A DNA stretch of 38,417 nt from Tubiluchus corallicola (lineage: Eukaryota; Animalia; Priapulida), in contig JAQGDQ010001491.1 of NCBI GenBank assembly GCA_030141605.1, positions 1-38,417 of the forward strand, given 5' to 3'. The translations under genes and the position numbers were made by a program. This document shows, in pieces, positions 36,614 through 38,417 of this stretch (position 1 is its first letter; every line of letters begins with the position of its first letter). Under the pieces are notes generated by a model. The model had not been told where the DNA came from and did no database searches. It worked only from the letters and a program-made list of their open reading frames with translations.

Positions 36614-36792
36614 GAAAAATATATATTTATATTTATGTTTTGATACATTCTTTACATCAGATTCTATGCGGGGAGAGAAACTGGGATCTGGTTGCTTTAG
36701 ACAACATGAAGCTGACGTATTTGACAAGTCAACGGTATTGAAAAGGCAAACTATGTCTGCAAAAATGTGTGTGAGCCACTGCTTTGAGTTAA
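787..36792 (+). CDS. Partial multi-exon gene (26 exons, ~2150 aa in window) for a giant tandem WSC-domain protein, architecture (A-B-C-D-E)x5 + A; open at both ends
   Basis: 26 Cys-rich coding blocks bounded by AG/GT, all phase 1-1, lengths multiples of 3, no stop at any junction. E exons match the WSC pattern LGCW-D...LTP..C..HC...GY.YAGLE.G.EC.CGN...C...C...CGG...L.VY. A+B, C and D keep the same 8-Cys skeleton and terminal VY. Confidence 0.9.
1341..1798 (+). mobile_element. piggyBac-type MITE, copy 1 (458 bp)
   Basis: TTAA|CCCTTTCATACCC ... GGGACTGAAAGGG|TTAA; internal near-palindrome TATCCCGTGGGATA twice; 5 near-identical copies in the window. Confidence 0.9.
2120..2299 (+). CDS. Exon B1, C-terminal half of WSC-like domain (HHYAVLVGPELCEC...FCGGNGYINVY)
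   Basis: 180 nt; ttgtag / g|gtaagc. Confidence 0.88.
2610..2921 (+). CDS. Exon C1, divergent WSC-like domain (RHDYRGCWQFP...YCGDEGFAVY)
   Basis: 312 nt; ttgtag / g|gtgtgt; 8 Cys. Confidence 0.88.
3393..3686 (+). CDS. Exon D1, divergent WSC-like domain (PQQYQGCFEYY...TCPGLHSVSVY)
   Basis: 294 nt; tttcag / a|gtgagt; 8 Cys. Confidence 0.9.
4797..5098 (+). repeat. Dispersed ~290-bp repeat, probable retroposon 3' end, copy 1
   Basis: Near-identical to 27737-28030; ends in AATAAA plus a (TA)n tail; no TIR. Confidence 0.7.
5361..5669 (+). CDS. Exon E1, canonical-type WSC domain (FAVESDVLGCWED...CGGDYALEVY)
   Basis: 309 nt; atttag / g|gtaaga; WSC consensus plus two extra Cys. Confidence 0.92.
6214..6666 (-). 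mobile_element. piggyBac-type MITE, copy 2
   Basis: Reverse complement of copy 1; flanks ATAA / TTAA. Confidence 0.9.
6741..6881 (+). CDS. Exon A2 (FLPGDVLRISTSNSGCF...MCIHYCYEL)
   Basis: 141 nt; tgccag / g|gtaaac; homology to A exons with a 5-codon insertion; not in the ORF track in this frame. Confidence 0.85.
6944..7274 (-). mobile_element. Solo-LTR-like copy lacking the minisatellite segment
   Basis: Close match to both non-repetitive arms of 31597-32476; right terminus damaged, TSD not recognisable. Confidence 0.68.
7343..7818 (-). mobile_element. Older solo-LTR-like copy with ~3-4 degenerate 29-bp units
   Basis: TGTGAAAG...TTCCACA, flanks ACATC/ATATC (4/5), homology to the family. 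Confidence 0.7.
8111..8299 (+). CDS. Exon B2 (DIFAVLPSYDECLC...GRKNNFGVCG...IYTVY)
   Basis: 189 nt; ttacag / g|gtgaga. Confidence 0.88.
8337..8637 (+). mobile_element. Tc1/mariner-type fold-back MITE, copy 1
   Basis: TA flanks; TIR ~YAGGTTTTACACGTCAAATGTAGAC; body made of ~20-bp TCAAATGTAGAC-type subrepeats in inverted arrays. Confidence 0.78.
9068..9620 (-). mobile_element. RTE-clade LINE 3' fragment, rearranged
   Basis: Translation YGLEAV...AEMRMLRWMVGVTRRDKIRN...RLRWYGHLKRR, then frameshifted RRRGRPKLRW and terminal NRNVWRRLIHNGDP, typical of the post-RT region of RTE ORFs. Confidence 0.85.
10888..11205 (+). CDS. Exon C2 (WKTARHEYRGCWKFP...YSVYDTG)
   Basis: 318 nt; atttag / g|gtatag. 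Confidence 0.9.
11910..12203 (+). CDS. Exon D2 (PHQYQGCFAYHQPE...SVSVYATE)
   Basis: 294 nt; atttag / a|gtaggt. Confidence 0.9.
12407..12751 (+). CDS. Exon E2, WSC domain (FAIDSNVLGCWAD...CGGDMALQVY)
   Basis: 345 nt; ttctag / g|gtagtc. Confidence 0.9.
13200..13325 (+). CDS. Exon A3 (FVPGGALQTGCF...MCIHFCYEV)
   Basis: 126 nt; tgccag / g|gtatga; missed by the ORF track. Confidence 0.87.
13816..14274 (-). mobile_element. piggyBac-type MITE, copy 3
   Basis: Reverse complement of copy 1; TTAA on both sides. Confidence 0.9.
14435..14620 (+). CDS. Exon B3 (EDFAVLNNYDECTC...GRNNYFDLCG...RVYS)
   Basis: 186 nt; gttcag / g|gtgagc. Confidence 0.9.
14950..15560 (+). mobile_element. Degenerate CR1/L2-group LINE 3' fragment
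   Basis: Broken frames read YSLVYLCLRYGVISRG, FQSYFQPISEIHSYNTR* and YRTNVFRQTTTFTAIKLFDKIP, matching the H.YNTR / K.WN.LP motifs at the end of CR1/L2-group ORF2; boundaries approximate. Confidence 0.6.
15721..15765. repeat. (GT)n/(GC)n microsatellite upstream of exon C3
   Basis: Directly visible alternating purine-pyrimidine tract. Confidence 0.9.
15824..16204 (+). CDS. Exon C3, with in-frame insertions (WNQARHDYRGCWIFP...YAVYDTG)
   Basis: 381 nt; tcttag / g|gtgata; 21 codons longer than C2. Confidence 0.88.
16316..16853 (-). mobile_element. LINE 3' fragment (L2/CR1-group-like) with AATAAA and (TAA)n tail
   Basis: ORF 16470-16847 LYECEI...VKWNTAYRKIF...ESVKLLMYFCG...IDSRKLNF resembles a post-RT C-terminus; minus-strand aataaa followed by (taa)n at 16316-16341. 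Confidence 0.65.
17110..17330 (-). pseudogene. Possible highly decayed Ty3/gypsy integrase N-terminal remnant
   Basis: Frameshift-tolerant reading HNGRRADSTIRKQY/FWTG/MRQVE...KLPTKK resembles the integrase HHCC region; very degenerate. Confidence 0.25.
17413..17848 (+). mobile_element. piggyBac-type MITE, copy 4
   Basis: Same family with a ~20-bp subterminal deletion; flanked by ATAT on both sides. Confidence 0.88.
18039..18329 (+). CDS. Exon D3 (PHEYQGCFAYYSPE...ASVYSTK)
   Basis: 291 nt; ctttag / a|gtgagc. Confidence 0.9.
18941..19276 (+). CDS. Exon E3, WSC domain (YAVTSDALGCWED...CGGSWALQVY)
   Basis: 336 nt; tttcag / g|gtgagt. Confidence 0.92.
19649..20217 (-). mobile_element. Non-autonomous hAT (Buster/Charlie subfamily) deletion derivative
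   Basis: 16-bp TIR CAGTGGTTCTTAACCT; perfect 8-bp TSD CTCTAGTA with central TA; retains transposase C-terminus KYPVIAKKAL...TTYLCEQSFS...KTKKRNRL...QQQKSH (19870-20088). Confidence 0.93.
20577..21560. repeat. 82-83 bp tandem satellite, ~12 units
   Basis: Unit starts at 20661, 20743, 20825, 20908...; consensus ctcaatttaacytctgcrccatatccaccatattaatctatgtctgcaccaacrtccacaataatcacaaaaccgaaagaaa. Confidence 0.96.
21813..21938 (+). CDS. Exon A4 (FVPGDELRVGCF...MCIEYCRAL)
   Basis: 126 nt; gttaag acceptor (alternative in-frame CAG would start the exon at 21825) / a|gtatga; missed by the ORF track. Confidence 0.83.
22052..23031. mobile_element. Old hAT-like non-autonomous element (~980 bp)
   Basis: Imperfect TIR CGAGGCTGACAGTACGGTAC / CAAGGTTGGCAGTACGGTAC, subterminal CGTAC repeats at both ends, degenerate 8-bp TSD TTTGTCGG/ATTGTCAG. 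Confidence 0.68.
24165..24353 (+). CDS. Exon B4 (QSYAVLTDYDECTC...GRNNYFDQCG...YKVHA)
   Basis: 189 nt; tttcag / g|gtgagt. Confidence 0.9.
24480..24921 (-). mobile_element. piggyBac-type MITE, copy 5
   Basis: Reverse complement of copy 1; TTAA on both sides. Confidence 0.9.
25081..25395 (+). CDS. Exon C4 (VKSARPEYRGCWNFP...YAVYDTG)
   Basis: 315 nt; atatag acceptor (second in-frame AG 6 nt upstream, start 25075) / g|gtaacg. Confidence 0.87.
25740..26030 (+). CDS. Exon D4 (PHEYQGCFKYYKP...SVSVYTTD)
   Basis: 291 nt; gcttag / a|gtaagt. Confidence 0.92.
26076..26502. mobile_element. hAT-type MITE (427 bp)
   Basis: Perfect 13-bp TIR TAGGGGTGAGCAT, 8-bp TSD CTAATAAT/GTAATAAT (7/8), dense subterminal TTCGA repeats. 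Confidence 0.85.
26651..26974 (+). CDS. Exon E4, WSC domain (YAVESDILGCWED...CGGSSALEVRPTN)
   Basis: 324 nt; ttccag / t|gtaagt. Confidence 0.92.
27378..27509 (+). CDS. Exon A5 (FLPVEELGTGCY...MTPKMCVHHCYSS)
   Basis: 132 nt; ttcaag acceptor (alternative in-frame CAG would start the exon at 27390) / g|gtaagg. Confidence 0.84.
27737..28030 (+). repeat. Dispersed ~290-bp repeat, probable retroposon 3' end, copy 2
   Basis: Near-identical to 4797-5098; ends in AATAAA plus an A-rich tail just upstream of the B5 acceptor. Confidence 0.7.
28057..28236 (+). CDS. Exon B5 (HDFAVLTDTDECKC...GRNNYLGLCG...YRSYA)
   Basis: 180 nt; gtgcag / g|gtattc. Confidence 0.87.
28347..28696 (-). mobile_element. Tc1/mariner-type fold-back MITE, copy 2 (inverted relative to copy 1)
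   Basis: TA|TAGGTTTTACACGTCAAATGTAGAC ... GTCTACATTTGACGTGTAAAACCTG|TA. Confidence 0.82.
28854..29586 (+). mobile_element. Solo-LTR-like element with ~14 copies of a 29-bp minisatellite
   Basis: TGTGGAAGT...ACTTTCACA termini, perfect 5-bp TSD GGAAT, TATA-like tatatata (~29034) upstream and AATAAA (~29497) downstream of the array. Confidence 0.8.
30460..30768 (+). CDS. Exon C5 (WKRAFSDHEYRGCWKF...YAVYDTG)
   Basis: 309 nt; atttag / g|gtaaga. Confidence 0.9.
31172..31462 (+). CDS. Exon D5 (SRDYQGCFANYMPD...AIVYSTT)
   Basis: 291 nt; ttttag / a|gtgagt. Confidence 0.92.
31597..32476 (-). mobile_element. Solo-LTR-like element, same family, ~17 copies of the 29-bp unit
   Basis: TGT...ACA termini, perfect 5-bp TSD CGAAT, reverse-complement homology to 28854-29586. 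Confidence 0.8.
32589..32927 (+). CDS. Exon E5, WSC domain (YAIESDILGCWED...CGGEWALLVY)
   Basis: 339 nt; ttttag / g|gtgagt. Confidence 0.92.
33076..34791. mobile_element. PIF/Harbinger-like non-autonomous element containing the 68-bp satellite
   Basis: TTA|TGGCCCGTTCACAC ... TGAACATGCCA|TTA; degenerate inverted similarity extends ~45 bp; 3-bp TTA TSD. Confidence 0.65.
33229..34763. repeat. 68-bp tandem satellite, ~22-23 units
   Basis: Unit ttactcttagaggaaagttgcacaacaagttgcgaaagaagttaccaaactgttcacaaattaaaact (33302, 33370...). Confidence 0.97.
35225..36581. repeat. 38-bp tandem satellite, ~35 units, followed by (TA)n
   Basis: Unit ttgtcatctagatgtcttaaaaagccagttatacaacc; one unit replaced by T-rich sequence at ~35610-35636. 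Confidence 0.97.
36661..36792 (+). CDS. Exon A6 (SMRGEKLGSGCF...MSAKMCVSHCFEL); partner B6 presumably beyond the window
   Basis: 132 nt; catcag / a|gtatgt. Confidence 0.86.
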
Positions 36793-37913
36793 GTATGTGT
36801 TATTTGCCTTGTTTTAAATAAACCAGAGCGTAAATACTTTGGTGCAAAACGTGACGTTTTTATGATTTAAAGGAGAAAACTTTTTTAGATGAAATGTCTC
36901 CACATTTATTGTAAATTATTAATAATAAAACTTCAGACATACGTGCAAACGTGCATGCTATTTGTAGAATATAGAATAGTTTATTATTATTATTATTATC
37001 ACATTCAGTACAATATAGAGCACACAGTGACATCAAAATTATTACATATACTATATTAAATTGTTATGTTTCATACACTATCGTTATCATAAAAGAATAA
37101 TTCTACTGCAGGTGGCTAGAGAAGCAAAGGCTTGTATAAGCCCACTGTCATGTGAACTTTAAGTCACTATAATGTACTTGGCCTTTCTGATGTTGGCAGT
37201 TTCGAAAAAAAATCCATTTTATTTGCAAATGCTCTCCTGCAAAATGAAAGACAAAAATACCAACAGGCCAATTGTTATTAAATAAAAAAATTCCCTCTTT
37301 GAAAAGCTTGCAGTGCGTGAGAATTTTCATATTAAGCTGTTATTATTATTGTTTACTTTTATTTCTTAAAAAGCAGTTGTTGTACCAGAAAAAAACTTTA
37401 TTTGTTGAGCAAATTGACAATAACTTAAGCTCAAGATTTTAATACAAGTTGTGCTGATCAACTACAAAGAGAACAAATTCAGTTACATTCTAATCATGAT
37501 CTTATTGCAATCTATGATATTTTTGTTTTCATATCAGAGTCGAGTTTCGATACTATAATTTTTTCTTTAAGTTTTTGCTACATTTTGATTTCATTTTGTC
37601 TCATCGACAGTTGATTTAGTTTTTCGATGGTTTAATTTATTATATTCTCTTTCTCGACAGCTTCAGTTATTATTACAACATTTCAGTTTTTTTTCGTATT
37701 TGCTTCTGTTTTCCTTGTTTTGTTTTGTATGATTCATATTTACCTCATTTTTCCGTAGTTTAATTTATTATATTCTTTTATGAACATCTTTGGTAGATCA
37801 TTCTACTGTTTTTTTATCGGATTTTTTTTTAGTTAATGTTCACATTATCCATTTTCTGTTATGTTAAAAATCTTAAGTTACTTTTATTTTGTTTGCATCG
37901 CATATTCACTGTA

Positions 37914-38417
37914 CAGTCAACCCTCGTTAAACCGGACTACCGTATTTTCCCATGTATAAGAGACCCTTGTGTATAAGAGACCCCTTCAATTTTTAGGCAA
38001 AAATTCTGGAAAAAAGTATTTTGGTAATGAATGACTTTATTCATCATAGAAATCATTAAATTCCTCATCACTCTCATCAAAAATATCAACTGGAGTCAGA
38101 CCTTCAGCAATTCCAGCCAGTTCATCATCAGAGGAGTCACTCTGCTCAAAAATGGCATTGTCCTCTGTGCCGTCCATGGCATTGGAGATGCCACACTTCT
38201 TGAAAGATTTAATAATGACCTCTGGCTTTACACCATTCCATGCCTTGAGGACCCAGCTGCAGACTTCTCCAAGGGTTGCCTAAAATCATTAGTGTCACAA
38301 TTTATGCATCTTATTGAAAAGACTTACTCCCATGTATAAGAGACCCCCTATTTTTAAAGTGAAAATTCTGGACAAAAAAGGGTCTCTTATACACGGGAAA
38401 ATACGGTAATTGGGGGG
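37914..38417. mobile_element. Left end of a Tigger-like element interrupted by the pogo/Tc2 insertion; runs off the window
   Basis: TA|CAGTCAACCCTCGTTAAACCGGAC[TA-insert-TA]ATTGGGGGG; only one end visible. Confidence 0.5.
37940..38406 (-). mobile_element. pogo/Tc2-type non-autonomous element with transposase C-terminal remnant
   Basis: TA|CCGTATTTTCCCRTGTATAAGAGACCC TIRs; minus frame 38279-38037 reads ATLGEVCSWVLKAWNGVKPEVIIKSFKKCGISNAMDGTEDNAIF...DEEFNDFYDE*, the W..AW...SFKKCGISNA.DG.ED motif of pogo-family transposases (not in the ORF track). Confidence 0.9.

Noticed and set aside
787-36792. Five separate tandem genes, or a Dscam-like mutually exclusive exon cluster
   Set aside because: No unit has a start, signal-peptide or stop exon, every E ends in a phase-1 donor, and same-type exons are interleaved rather than clustered. 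One continuous gene is simpler, though unproven without transcripts.
38031-38339. + strand 102-aa ORF
   Set aside because: Antisense shadow of the minus-strand pogo transposase remnant.
36793-38417. Exon B6
   Set aside because: No FAVL..DEC.C-like frame found; presumably downstream of the window.

Overview
AT-rich animal (most likely invertebrate) genomic DNA lying entirely inside one + strand, intron-rich gene; there are no prokaryotic features. I traced 26 GT-AG exons (787-36792). Every exon is phase 1-1 with a length divisible by 3, and together they splice into one open frame of 6456 nt (~2150 aa) with no start, signal peptide or stop inside the window. The exons form a 5-exon cassette (A-B-C-D-E) repeated five times, plus a sixth A. 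Each cassette encodes four Cys-rich WSC/WSC-like domains: one split over exons A+B and one each in C, D and E, giving at least 20 tandem domains. The introns are full of non-autonomous mobile DNA: five piggyBac-type MITEs, four TG...CA solo-LTR-like elements carrying a variable 29-bp minisatellite, three hAT elements (one a Buster derivative), two Tc1/mariner-type fold-back MITEs, a pogo/Tc2 derivative nested in a Tigger-like end, a Harbinger-like element swollen by a 68-bp satellite, LINE 3' fragments, and 82-bp and 38-bp satellites. The main candidate for an undescribed system is the giant modular WSC array, whose symmetric exons and split domain would allow in-frame combinatorial splicing or copy-number change. 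That function is inference and is not demonstrated by the sequence.
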